Assembly (NCBI GenBank): GCA_963660905.1 | Contig: CAVKZJ010000003.1 | Span: 42,160 to 106,159 of the forward strand | DNA length: 64,000 bases | Direction: 5' to 3' | DNA from: a bacterium | GTDB taxonomy: Bacteria; Bacillota_I; Bacilli_A; RFN20; CAG-288 | Part shown: in pieces, positions 26,946 through 36,132 of the stretch | Layout of the letters: each line of letters starts with the position of its first letter | Position numbering within the stretch: position 1 is the stretch's first letter | Notes under the pieces: generated by a model | What the model saw: the letters and a program-made list of their open reading frames with translations, nothing else | What the model was told of the DNA's origin: nothing | Database searches by the model: none | Translations under genes and position numbers: made by a program

Positions 26946-27022
26946 AAAATGTATGCAAAATATTTTATAAAAAACTTGCAATAATAGCAAAGGTTTGGTA
27001 TGATTTATAGGCTTAAAGATAT

Positions 27023-27106
27023 GCGGACGTGGCGAAATTGGTAGACGCGTACGTTTGAGGGGCGTATGGGCTTCCCATGTCGGTTCGATTCCGACCGTCC
27101 GCACCA
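27023..27106 (+). tRNA. tRNA-Leu (GAG anticodon), type II with long variable arm
   Basis: Manual fold: GCGGACG/CGTCCGC acceptor stem, 3-bp D-stem, TACGT/GCGTA anticodon stem with loop TTGAGGG (anticodon GAG), GGGCTTCCC variable hairpin, GTCGG/CCGAC T-stem, 3' CCA. Confidence 0.8.
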
Positions 27107-27123
27107 TTAAGAAAAAAATGACC

Positions 27124-27146
27124 CGAGAAATCGGGCTTTTTTTGTG
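27124..27146 (+). terminator. rho-independent terminator after tRNA-Leu
   Basis: CCCGAGAAATCGGG hairpin followed by CTTTTTTT. Confidence 0.55.
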
Positions 27147-27506
27147 TTTCGTGAACAGCATTCATATTGTCTGATGAGTGAAACTTTGATAGGAATGGCA
27201 TTATAGTCACATTGTAAGGTATTAGTATAACATCGTGATATATAGAATGAAAAAAATGAGTGTAAAGGTTACATAAAATAACGAAAAGCGATTTTATGCA
27301 TGATGATGAACTTGTGATGTGATGATTTCACTTAGCGGATATATATTAAGTGAGAATGAATCTTTGATTGATATCCCGTTTTCCTTTTCAGAGATAAGAA
27401 AAGCGACCAAGAAGGAATTTGGTCGAAGAGCATGGCAATTATTCCACACTCGATAAAGGGGAAAACATATAACGAAGTATAAAGATCCTTTATCTTACTT
27501 TCTGTT

Positions 27507-28010
27507 CTAGCTTAATACCTTTTCTACGTATTCAGCAAGCAATTCTGCTACATACTCTGGACTCTCTTCTTTTTCTTCTGCTATCCACATTTCGATTGTC
27601 TTGATTAGTCCCATCACAGCGAAAGTCGTCTGATAGGAATCAAGTTCGACGGAATAGATATGATGACATTTTTCTGCAAGCTTTTTTGTGAGATTTTCCT
27701 GAAGATGAATGTAGCATTGGAAGTATTTATCTTCCTTTAGTTTTTTCAATAAGAGAGTGAGAAGCAGTGATAAATCATCTTTTGTATCTTTGTATTTGAT
27801 GACATCGTCATATTTTTCTTCAATCCAGTGGCAGTAATCATGGTAGAGATCATCAAGGGAATCATAATGATTGTAGAAGGTATTTTTGCTGATATTTGCC
27901 AGGGTGATGAATTCGTTTAGGCTTAGTTCCTTTGGATTATGGCTCTTTAGGATATCAGGAAGCAGGTTCAGAATCCTTATTCTTGTGTTCTCATATTTTG
28001 TTGTTTTCAT
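27507..28010 (-). CDS. TetR/AcrR family transcriptional regulator
   Basis: N-terminal TetR-type HTH (LSLNEFITLANISKNTFYNHY); 167 aa. Confidence 0.85.
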   Translation of the reverse strand: MKTTKYENTRIRILNLLPDILKSHNPKELSLNEFITLANISKNTFYNHYDSLDDLYHDYCHWIEEKYDDVIKYKDTKDDLSLLLTLLLKKLKEDKYFQCYIHLQENLTKKLAEKCHHIYSVELDSYQTTFAVMGLIKTIEMWIAEEKEESPEYVAELLAEYVEKVLS

Positions 28011-28239
28011 GCATAATCCCTCTGTTGAATTTTTTTACATTGGCTCATTGTTTGTTTGATTATGTCGACTTCCTATCTTTGTATTTCCCAAGCGAGCCCT
28101 TTCATATAGTATATCCTTTTTTTAGAGAAAGTGAACCGATAATACGAAAACGGTTCTTTTCTATTCCCTTTTTAAGAGTGATAATATTTATAAAGATATG
28201 TCTAAGAAAACTTGATGACGTAACATAAGGAGATATTAT

Positions 28240-28917
28240 ATGAAAAAAACAAAGATTGTCGGATTTGCCTTTTTGACACTTCTTTCATCCTGTGGAAATG
28301 AATGGCGTGAGGTCACAAGCATTCAGGGACCGCGTTATCATTCGAAATTGGAGTTCCCAAAGAAATCGTTCTATACAGCATGCGATCCGCATTATCTGTA
28401 TTCGACGGATGAGCATCTCCTGGATACGATGATGAAGGATGAGACATTCTTTTCGAGCAAAATCAAATCGAGAAAAAGAGTCTCAAATCAGGTTTATGTG
28501 ATAACAGAAGATCATGACGCTTATCAATTTGTGGATTTGAATTCCACAAACACAAGAGATAATGCAGTCTATCATAGTTATTGGGCTGATGCTTCCATCT
28601 GCTATATAAAAGATGGTGATGTGAAAAGCATGGTTTATTTTCCAAATTATTTTGTTCTGAGTGAAGCGGACATCGGAAATAAATCATTCAGCAAAACCTT
28701 TGTCATCGATACCGCACACAAATCTGAAAATGCATCCTTCGATTCCTTTGCTGAATTTTATAGAGATTTAGGAATGGAAATTCAAGATGACAAAATCTAT
28801 CTGGATTGTTTTTTGGGAATGAGCAGCGAGAGTCAGGATCTTCAGATAAAAAAGAAGATGATTCTTTCTGTGAAGGAAAACGAATTTACTTTCCATTTGG
28901 AAGAAGATAAGGAATGA
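28240..28917 (+). CDS. lipoprotein, function unknown
   Basis: Signal peptide with lipobox LLSSC; AAGGAGA RBS. Confidence 0.65.
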   Translation: MKKTKIVGFAFLTLLSSCGNEWREVTSIQGPRYHSKLEFPKKSFYTACDPHYLYSTDEHLLDTMMKDETFFSSKIKSRKRVSNQVYVITEDHDAYQFVDLNSTNTRDNAVYHSYWADASICYIKDGDVKSMVYFPNYFVLSEADIGNKSFSKTFVIDTAHKSENASFDSFAEFYRDLGMEIQDDKIYLDCFLGMSSESQDLQIKKKMILSVKENEFTFHLEEDKE

Positions 28918-28972
28918 GAAAAAAGAGTCTGCTTAGAAGAAACATTTAAGTTTCTCCAGCAGACCCTTTTCT

Positions 28973-29908
28973 TTAGTCGTTGTTTTCTAAAAGCAGCTTA
29001 GCCACTTTTTCTCTCAGGATATCCGAGACGATTTCTTCTTTGCGGCTGGAAAGGAATTCGTCGATCTTGTCATCGGGGAGATGATAGGTATTCTTGAAAA
29101 GCTGAACTTTTTGGTTGATTTCTTCTTCGGTGGGAAGAAGGTTTTCTTTTTCGCCGATATATTGGGCAATCATATCCGTCTTGGCAGTATTCTCTGCTTC
29201 CTTAAGGATGGTTTGCTCGAATTTTGCCTTATCCATGCCGATAGCCTGGAGATAAGTATCGAGTGTCATGCCATACTGGCTGACGGCAGAGGCATAGTAT
29301 TCGATGATGCGATCCTTGCATTTGCTGATCTGTTCAGGCGTCGGTTCAAGAGAAGAAGTCATGACGAGATGACGAAGCAGTTTCTCGAGATATTTATTTT
29401 TGGCATCGTTCTGATGGACGATTTCGAGATTGGCCTTGATGGCATATTTGAGTTCATCGACCGATTTGTATCCCAAATGAGCAGCGAATTCATCGTTGAG
29501 TTCCGGCTTCGATTTCGTCTTGACTTCATGGATTTTGCATTTGAAGACTGTTTCTTTTCCGGCCAGGTTGGCTGCCTGATAATTCTGTGGGAAGGTGACT
29601 TTGACTTCGACATCCTCTCCGGCAACATGCCCGACAAGCTGATCCTCGAATCCGGGAATGAAGGAATGGGATCCCAATTCGAGATCGTAGTGTTCTCCTT
29701 TTCCTCCATCGAAGGCGATGCCATCGAGGAATCCTTCGAAATCGATGTTGACGATATCTCCATTTTCTGATGGGCCTTCTTTCTTCTTTCCGTGATTATG
29801 CTCTGAAAGAAGATGACTGATCTCATGATCGATTTCTTCTTGAGTGACGGCTTCGGCACTTTCTTTTCCGATGTGATTGCCTTTGTAGGCGGCAAAGATG
29901 TTTACCAT
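28973..29908 (-). CDS. trigger-factor-like FKBP-type peptidyl-prolyl isomerase lacking the N-terminal ribosome-binding domain
   Basis: Start trimmed to MVNIFAAYKG, which has an AGGAGAAAAT RBS; FKBP PPIase segment (FEGFLDGIAFDGGKGE...GSHSFIPGFEDQLVGH) plus a TF C-terminal-like domain; no GFRxGxxP-type N-domain. Confidence 0.65.
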   Translation of the reverse strand: MVNIFAAYKGNHIGKESAEAVTQEEIDHEISHLLSEHNHGKKKEGPSENGDIVNIDFEGFLDGIAFDGGKGEHYDLELGSHSFIPGFEDQLVGHVAGEDVEVKVTFPQNYQAANLAGKETVFKCKIHEVKTKSKPELNDEFAAHLGYKSVDELKYAIKANLEIVHQNDAKNKYLEKLLRHLVMTSSLEPTPEQISKCKDRIIEYYASAVSQYGMTLDTYLQAIGMDKAKFEQTILKEAENTAKTDMIAQYIGEKENLLPTEEEINQKVQLFKNTYHLPDDKIDEFLSSRKEEIVSDILREKVAKLLLENND

Positions 29909-29955
29909 ATATTTTCTCCTATTTTGTACTTGAATAGTATATCGTATCGAAGGTA

Positions 29956-29992
29956 AAACAAAAACACTATTCCCCGAAAAAGAGGAATAGTG
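29956..29992 (-). terminator. rho-independent terminator after kdgK
   Basis: CACTATTCC...GGAATAGTG hairpin with a T-run on the minus strand. Confidence 0.45.
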
Positions 29993-30011
29993 CAAATGAA
30001 TTTCAGATGGA

Positions 30012-31037
30012 TTATCTCTGAACTCTGCCGGAACCATTGCCGTTGGCAAGAGTTTCGACTTCATTCCAGGAGACAAGGTTGTAGTCGCCTTCGATGGAGT
30101 GCTTCAAGCAAGAGGCAGCAACAGCCAATTCGATAACCTGCTGATCATCATATCCCTTGAGGATAGCAGCAATCAAGCCGCCACCGAAGGAATCGCCGCC
30201 GCCGACTCTGTCGACGATGCGCATAGCATATTTCTTGGAAGTATAGAACTTTCCATCGCTATAGAGCATGGCAGACCAATTGTTGTCAGAAGCAGAGAGA
30301 GATTCTCTCAAAGTGATGGCAACCTTCTTGAAACCGAATTTGCTGACAAGCTGATTGCAGACATCTTCATAACCTTTGGCAGAAAGCTTGCCGGTGTTGA
30401 TGTCGGTATCTGTTGCCTTGATTCCGAAGACATCGGAGGCATCTTCTTCATTGGCGATGCAGACATCGACATATTTGCAGACTTCAGTCATGACCTTGTT
30501 GGCCTGTTCCTTGCTCCAGAGCTTCTTACGGAAGTTGAGGTCAGTGGAAACGGTCAAACCGAGCTTCTTTGCAGCCTTGACAGCTTCGATGGTGATTTCA
30601 GCCATATTTTCAGAGATGGCTGGTGTGATACCCGTGACATGGAACCATGTGGCACCGGCAAAGATCTTTTCCCAATCGAAGTCGGATGGCTTGGCTTCGG
30701 AAATAGCGGAATGAGCTCTGTCATAGATGACCTTGCTTGGACGCTGGGAAGCACCCTTTTCGCAATAATAGATACCGACCTTGTCACCACCACGAACGAT
30801 GAGGGAAGTGTCAACACCGAATTTTCTCAAGGAATTGACGGCAGCCTGACCGATTTCATGGCTAGGAAGCTTTGTGACGAAAGCAGCATCGATGCCATAG
30901 TTGGCCAAAGAGACGGCAACATTGGCTTCGGCACCACCATAGGTGGCTTCCATCGTATCGGACTGGACAAAACGGAGATAGCCCATCGGGGCAAGGCGAA
31001 GCATGACTTCACCGAACGTAATGACTTTCTGAGACAT
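30012..31037 (-). CDS. kdgK: 2-dehydro-3-deoxygluconokinase (PfkB family sugar kinase)
   Basis: PfkB N-terminal motif (GGAEANVAVSLA) and C-terminal GGGDSFGGGL motif; adjacent to eda. Confidence 0.85.
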   Translation of the reverse strand: MSQKVITFGEVMLRLAPMGYLRFVQSDTMEATYGGAEANVAVSLANYGIDAAFVTKLPSHEIGQAAVNSLRKFGVDTSLIVRGGDKVGIYYCEKGASQRPSKVIYDRAHSAISEAKPSDFDWEKIFAGATWFHVTGITPAISENMAEITIEAVKAAKKLGLTVSTDLNFRKKLWSKEQANKVMTEVCKYVDVCIANEEDASDVFGIKATDTDINTGKLSAKGYEDVCNQLVSKFGFKKVAITLRESLSASDNNWSAMLYSDGKFYTSKKYAMRIVDRVGGGDSFGGGLIAAILKGYDDQQVIELAVAASCLKHSIEGDYNLVSWNEVETLANGNGSGRVQR

Positions 31038-31062
31038 TGTTTTCTTTTTCCTTTTCTATTTA

Positions 31063-31710
31063 TTACTTCGAATACTGAGCACGAGCCTTCTTGACTTCAT
31101 CGACAAAGGCTTTGGCGTTGTCGATGATCTTTTCATATTCACCGGTCTTGGCTGGAGCAGTCAAGGAAGAACCGGCAGAGACAGCGACAGCACCGAACTT
31201 GATCCAGTCATTGATGTTTTCAAGGGAAACACCGCCGGAAGGAAGAAGCTTGGCCTTCGGGAACGGTCCATGGACATCCTTGAAGTAGCTCGGCTTGCAG
31301 ACGGAGCCAGGGAAGACTTTGACAACCTTGACACCCTTCTTCATTGCATTGTAGATTTCGGTTGGAGTGAAGCAGCCAGCGAAATATGGAATATCCACAG
31401 ATTTGCAGAATTCATTGACGCCATCATCAAAGCAAGGAGAAACGATGAACTTGGCACCTTTGGAATAAGCCAATTTTGCGGTTTCTTCATTTAAGACAGT
31501 TCCGGCACCGACAACAGCATCGACCTTGTCAGCAACCAACTTTTCGATGACTTTGTCTGCATCGGGAACAGTGAAGGTGATTTCCAAACCTTTGATACCA
31601 CCTTTGGCAGCATAGCTGGCCATTTTGACGGCCTCGTCAACAGAATTGGCTCTGATGACAGCTAAGACGCCGGAATCGACAATCGCCTGAATGATTTCAT
31701 CTGAATTCAT
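31063..31710 (-). CDS. eda: 2-keto-3-deoxy-6-phosphogluconate / 4-hydroxy-2-oxoglutarate aldolase
   Basis: 215 aa; class I KDPG aldolase motifs (GLEITFT, KVFPG); AAAGAGG RBS. Confidence 0.85.
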   Translation of the reverse strand: MNSDEIIQAIVDSGVLAVIRANSVDEAVKMASYAAKGGIKGLEITFTVPDADKVIEKLVADKVDAVVGAGTVLNEETAKLAYSKGAKFIVSPCFDDGVNEFCKSVDIPYFAGCFTPTEIYNAMKKGVKVVKVFPGSVCKPSYFKDVHGPFPKAKLLPSGGVSLENINDWIKFGAVAVSAGSSLTAPAKTGEYEKIIDNAKAFVDEVKKARAQYSK

Positions 31711-31887
31711 AGTACTTACCTCTTTTCATATGAATCTGACATCTTCTATAACTTGTATACAAGATATCTCCTAAGTTCAAGTATAGCCCTTTCACTATAA
31801 ATAGTAAAGTCTCTTTTTACTTCTTTGTTCTTTTGTAACAAAAAAAATCTTGCAATAGATTATTTGTATACAAATAAGTCATTCTAT

Positions 31888-32661
31888 CTATTTGTCATCT
31901 GAAGGGGAAATTCCGATGACTTTCAGATATTGTCTATAGAAAGTGGAATAGTCATTGAAGTTGAGTCTTTCACAGACATCCTGAGGCTTGGCTCCTCCCT
32001 GGATCAGAGAGTGAGCGTGTATAATCTTTTTCGAGCGAATATATTTCATGATTGGGATATGCATCTCTTTTTTGAAGCAATTCGAGATATACGATTCCGA
32101 ATAGGAAAGATCCTGGCTCATTTTGGTTAGGCTGAGATTGTCCTCAAGATGCAATTCGATATAGTTCGTGATCTTGGAGATGACGGAGAGCTCGCGGTTG
32201 CTATCCAGTGCCTGCTTGGTGTTGTCTAATAGGGCAAGCAGTTCCCAAAGCTTGGCTATCGCCATGACATACATATCTTCATCCGTCATCTGATTGTAGT
32301 AGTTGTCCAAGGATTTGAAGATGCTGACTTCCTCTGAGGTCAGATGGAAGAAAGGTGCCTTGGTATGGAACTTGAGGCGAATGGGCTCCGGAAAAAGATT
32401 TTCAGGGAATTTCAGGACATAGCGTTCATAGAGAATCGTTTTGTTGACTTCGGCAAAGTGGAATTTTCCCGGCTGGATGAGGATGCAGTCCCCGGAACGG
32501 AGTTTTCTCACCTCACCTTCCACGTTGTATTTCGCATCTCCGGAGACGAAATAAAGAATCTCAAAGAAGGGATGCATATGCTTTCCATATTCATCCTTGG
32601 GGGAGGAGGCATGGTCGAGTTTGTGACTGAAATCGAGGCTCCGGTATGTGAAATTGAACAT
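31888..32661 (-). CDS. AraC-family transcriptional regulator with N-terminal cupin sensor domain
   Basis: C-terminal AraC HTH signature; N-terminal cupin; sits between kdgK-eda and the divergent uxuAB genes. Confidence 0.8.
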   Translation of the reverse strand: MFNFTYRSLDFSHKLDHASSPKDEYGKHMHPFFEILYFVSGDAKYNVEGEVRKLRSGDCILIQPGKFHFAEVNKTILYERYVLKFPENLFPEPIRLKFHTKAPFFHLTSEEVSIFKSLDNYYNQMTDEDMYVMAIAKLWELLALLDNTKQALDSNRELSVISKITNYIELHLEDNLSLTKMSQDLSYSESYISNCFKKEMHIPIMKYIRSKKIIHAHSLIQGGAKPQDVCERLNFNDYSTFYRQYLKVIGISPSDDK

Positions 32662-32770
32662 ATGAGATTATTATAGGAGATTATTTCATTTTTTGCAAAC
32701 TATCAAACATAAAATTGCAATGGTAAGAATGACAGCGCTTTACTAAAATAGGTGCAAAGGAGAAAAACAT

Positions 32771-33814
32771 ATGAAACTGTCTTTTCGATGGTATGGCTTA
32801 AACGATTCCATCCCGCTTACCTATATCAAGCAGATACCGAATATGTATTCTGTCGTCACGTCCGTTTACGATAAGAAACCAGGTGAAGTCTGGGATAAGG
32901 AAAGCCTTCTTGCCTTGAAGGAACATAGTGCAAAACATGGTCTTGCCATGGAAGTCATCGAGTCCATTCCAGTCAGCGAAGACATCAAGATGGGTTCCGC
33001 AAAAAGAGATGAACACATCGCCGCCTTCCGCAAGAACCTCGCCTTATGTGGTGAAGTCGGAGTCAAATGCGTCTGCTATAATTTCATGCCGGTCTTCGAT
33101 TGGCTGAGAACCAACATGCATCATCAAAATCCGGATTATTCGAATTCCCTTAGCTATTCCGCTGATGATTTTGCCAAGGTTGATCCGAATCATCTTCATC
33201 TTCCCGGATGGGATGAATCCTATTCTCCGGATGAATTGCAGAACCTTTTGCATATCTATCAGGGAATCAGCCATGAGGAATACTTCAAGAACTTAGTTTA
33301 TTTCCTCAATTCCATCATGGATGTCTGCGATCAGTACGATATCAATATGGCCATCCATCCGGATGATCCGCCGTGGGATATCTTCTCTCTTCCGAGAATC
33401 GTCTCCAACGAAAAGAATCTCGATAGCATGTTCGCCGCAGTCCCGAATAAGCACAACGGCTTGACTCTCTGCACAGGATCATTTGGTGCCGGAAGAAAGA
33501 ATGATGTTCCGCACATGGCTGAAAAATATGCCAAGGAAGGAAGAATCTATTTTGCTCATCTCCGCAACGTCCTGTACACGGATGATAAGGATTCCTTCGT
33601 GGAAGTCGGACATTATTCCAATGCGGGTTCATTGGATATGTTCAAGATCGTCAAGAATCTTGTCGACAATGGTTTTGATGGCTATGTGAGACCAGATCAT
33701 GGAAGAAATATCTTTGGCGAAGAAGAAAAGCCAGGATATGGACTTTATGACCGTGCCCTTGGCTGTGCCTACATCAATGGCCTATTCGAAGCTGCTGAAA
33801 AAATGAAGAAATAA
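32771..33814 (+). CDS. uxuA: mannonate dehydratase
   Basis: N-terminal M.LSFRWYG...D motif characteristic of UxuA; 347 aa; GGAGA RBS. Confidence 0.85.
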   Translation: MKLSFRWYGLNDSIPLTYIKQIPNMYSVVTSVYDKKPGEVWDKESLLALKEHSAKHGLAMEVIESIPVSEDIKMGSAKRDEHIAAFRKNLALCGEVGVKCVCYNFMPVFDWLRTNMHHQNPDYSNSLSYSADDFAKVDPNHLHLPGWDESYSPDELQNLLHIYQGISHEEYFKNLVYFLNSIMDVCDQYDINMAIHPDDPPWDIFSLPRIVSNEKNLDSMFAAVPNKHNGLTLCTGSFGAGRKNDVPHMAEKYAKEGRIYFAHLRNVLYTDDKDSFVEVGHYSNAGSLDMFKIVKNLVDNGFDGYVRPDHGRNIFGEEEKPGYGLYDRALGCAYINGLFEAAEKMKK

Positions 33815-33833
33815 AAAAAGAGGAATCAAGAAA

Positions 33834-34688
33834 ATGAAAGTCAATGAATTGCCGTTTGCCACCAATCTGAAGGATAAGGTGGCAGTCATCACCGGTGCCG
33901 GTGGTGTTCTCTGCTCCTTGATGGGCAAGGCCTTAGCCTGCTGTGGTGCCAAAGTCGCCATCATGGATCTTCACCTCACCTCCGCTCAGAAAGTCGTCGA
34001 TGAGATTGTTGCCGAAGGCTATGTTGCCAAGGCCTATGAAGCAAACTGCCTCGACAAGAATTCTCTTCTTGCTGCCCATGCCGCAATCCTGAAGGATCTC
34101 GGAAAGTGCGATATCCTCATCAATGGTGCCGGAGGAAATTCGCCGAAGGCTTCCACAACCCAGGAATTCTATGCTCCGAAGGTCGATGAAGACACCATCA
34201 CCTTCTTCGACTTGAAGGAAGAAGGATTCGAATTCGTCTTCAACCTCAACATCATGGCGACCTTGGTCACGACTCAGATCTTCGCTGCCGATATGATCGG
34301 CCGTGAAGGATGCTCGATCCTCAACATCTCTTCCATGAATGCCTTCACTCCGCTGACCAAGATTCCAGCTTACTCCTCTGCCAAAGCCGGTGTCTCCAAT
34401 TTTACTAAGTGGTTGGCCACCTATTTCGCAAAGGAAGGCATTCGCGTCAATGCCATCGCTCCTGGATTCTTTGCCACCAAGCAGAATCAGGCTCTTCTCT
34501 TCAATCCCGATGGCACGCCAACGGCGAGAACCGGAAAGATTCTCAACAATACCCCGATGGGAAGATTCGGTACACCGGAAGAACTTCTCGGCGCTGTCCT
34601 GTTCCTTACTGATAGCAAGGCTGCCAGCTTCGTCACCGGTGTCGTTCTCCCGATCGATGGTGGCTTCTCTGCCTATTCTGGTGTCTAA
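33834..34688 (+). CDS. uxuB: SDR-family oxidoreductase, likely D-mannonate/fructuronate oxidoreductase
   Basis: TGAGGVLC Rossmann motif, YSSAK active-site motif; position immediately downstream of uxuA. Confidence 0.75.
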   Translation: MKVNELPFATNLKDKVAVITGAGGVLCSLMGKALACCGAKVAIMDLHLTSAQKVVDEIVAEGYVAKAYEANCLDKNSLLAAHAAILKDLGKCDILINGAGGNSPKASTTQEFYAPKVDEDTITFFDLKEEGFEFVFNLNIMATLVTTQIFAADMIGREGCSILNISSMNAFTPLTKIPAYSSAKAGVSNFTKWLATYFAKEGIRVNAIAPGFFATKQNQALLFNPDGTPTARTGKILNNTPMGRFGTPEELLGAVLFLTDSKAASFVTGVVLPIDGGFSAYSGV

Positions 34689-34711
34689 TCCGATTCGATT
34701 TTGATTCAATG

Positions 34712-34756
34712 TGCCTAGACTTTCCTTTTTGGAAGGCCTAGGTTTTTTTCTTTGAA
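34712..34756 (+). terminator. hairpin terminator after uxuB
   Basis: GCCTAGACTTTCC-ttttt-GGAAGGCCTAGG followed by TTTTTTT. Confidence 0.45.
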
Positions 34757-34760
34757 AAGT

Positions 34761-34790
34761 CTTTTAGCAATCCTAATGAAAACGTATAAT
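34761..34790 (+). promoter_or_regulatory. candidate promoter of the McrBC-like island (TTAGCA ... TATAAT)
   Basis: Perfect -10 hexamer TATAAT at 34785-34790; the -35-like hexamer sits at sub-optimal 15-nt spacing. Confidence 0.3.
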
Positions 34791-34817
34791 GAAAGGAAAT
34801 CAAAAGGAGGTATTCAA

Positions 34818-35222
34818 ATGGCCTATTATCTACAGCAGAGTGGGCAAAATCTTGTCGTCGCTAAAGAAATTATGGTTCTTTTCTCGACCGATCGAGTTGA
34901 GATCGTCAATTTAGGAAAGAACACAAAGGATACAAGATCATTCCCAAATAAAATCTATGATATTGTCTATCAGCCTGAATTGAAATCGGATCTATATGAA
35001 TTGAGAGTCTATCTGTTCGAAACATATATTCCCATCGATCGAGTGTATTTCAATGTGGAGAATCTGATGAAGACAAAAGAAGAGCTTCCCCCGCAGACAA
35101 AAAGAAAGATTATGGAAGTGAAGAAGGAAGTGAAAATCAAAACGACGAAAACAAAAGTGGAATCCTTAAAGAATGAGTTCCAGGAAAAGGTAAAGGAGAT
35201 TGTGAAAAATGTACTTGAATAA
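34818..35222 (+). CDS. hypothetical protein (134 aa), first gene of McrBC-like island
   Basis: Start at MAYYLQ chosen for its AAAAGGAGG RBS; no recognisable domain; Lys/Glu-rich C-terminus; its stop overlaps the next gene's start. Confidence 0.5.
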   Translation: MAYYLQQSGQNLVVAKEIMVLFSTDRVEIVNLGKNTKDTRSFPNKIYDIVYQPELKSDLYELRVYLFETYIPIDRVYFNVENLMKTKEELPPQTKRKIMEVKKEVKIKTTKTKVESLKNEFQEKVKEIVKNVLE

Positions 35223-36132
35223 AGAAAATCTGTCATCCATGAGTGAAGCGGAAATTGAGAGACTATGTACGATTGCGAGCGTTGAAAGACTGAAAAACAT
35301 CCTGATTGATTATTATGGAGATGAATCAACTAGAAGAAAGCATTACGGAAAAGGATCGAAAGAGTGGAATAATAAAGACAAAAAAAATCCGCCAGCCTCC
35401 TTTGTGAAGAGTTTCTTTGTGTTTCTCTTCACCAAGGAAGAGAATGTTCCTGAAAAATATTATCAGCTGTTCGAAGAGAAACTTTTGAAGACGATTGTCG
35501 GGAAGGAAAAATATCAGAATGCCTCTGCGGAGATGATCCATTCTTCTATCGATGAGGATGAGAAATATAGCCAGAGAGACTATAAGGCGATTCTCTATAA
35601 GGCTTTTGGTTTTGAGTTGGAAAAGGAAGAAGACCTCCCTGTAGAGGAAGCCGACGAAGAGGAAGAAAAGGAAGAAGTGAAAACCAAATTCTCCTTGCCT
35701 AAGATTTCCAAGAAGGATGATGTGGAGACAAGAATCAATCAAGCTGTCAGCAAGCAGGCCAAGGAAGACAAGAAAAACTACGATGACCTGAAGAAGAAAT
35801 ATGACGCATCGGAAAACAAGCTCAAAAAAGCTCAAGAGGATCTTTCTGTTCTGAAGAATTCCTACTCCACGCTGAAAAAAGAACGCGATGGATTCGAAAA
35901 AAAGAATGCGGAGAATGAGGAAAAATTATCTTCCATCCTGAAAAAACTGAATACTCTATCGAAAAGAAAGATGGCTGATCTTGATAAAAATACGCTTTTG
36001 GTTGAGCAGAGCAATGCCGTGGAAATTCTTCAGCTGGCCATCGATGAATTGAAGAAATCCCATTATTCTCTCTCGATGGATCAGATTGTGAAGGCCTATG
36101 TGATTTTAGGTCTTCTTGAGAAGGGAGAATGA
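35209..36132 (+). CDS. coiled-coil protein (307 aa), function unknown
   Basis: Globular N-terminal domain, acidic linker (EEADEEEEKEE), long heptad-like Lys/Glu-rich segment; 14-nt overlap with the upstream gene and ATGA overlap with the downstream gene. Confidence 0.55.
   Translation: MYLNKENLSSMSEAEIERLCTIASVERLKNILIDYYGDESTRRKHYGKGSKEWNNKDKKNPPASFVKSFFVFLFTKEENVPEKYYQLFEEKLLKTIVGKEKYQNASAEMIHSSIDEDEKYSQRDYKAILYKAFGFELEKEEDLPVEEADEEEEKEEVKTKFSLPKISKKDDVETRINQAVSKQAKEDKKNYDDLKKKYDASENKLKKAQEDLSVLKNSYSTLKKERDGFEKKNAENEEKLSSILKKLNTLSKRKMADLDKNTLLVEQSNAVEILQLAIDELKKSHYSLSMDQIVKAYVILGLLEKGE

Noticed and set aside
26946-27161. N-terminal extension of the 302-aa ORF 26253-27161 (VRTVGIEPTWEAHTPLKRTRLP...)
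   Set aside because: This segment is the reverse-strand translation of the tRNA-Leu gene (27023-27106); the true CDS was trimmed to the YgjP-like core
28080-28140. Hairpin GAACCG-ataatacgaaaa-CGGTTC followed by T-run between tetR-like and lipoprotein genes
   Set aside because: It lies in a 5' untranslated or divergent promoter region with nothing upstream on the plus strand to terminate; it may be an attenuator or TetR operator, but there is insufficient evidence to annotate
34752-34817. Upstream ATG (MKSLLAILMKTYNERK...) for the first island gene
   Set aside because: Would overlap the predicted -10 element and lacks an RBS; the ATG at 34818 has a strong AAAAGGAGG Shine-Dalgarno sequence
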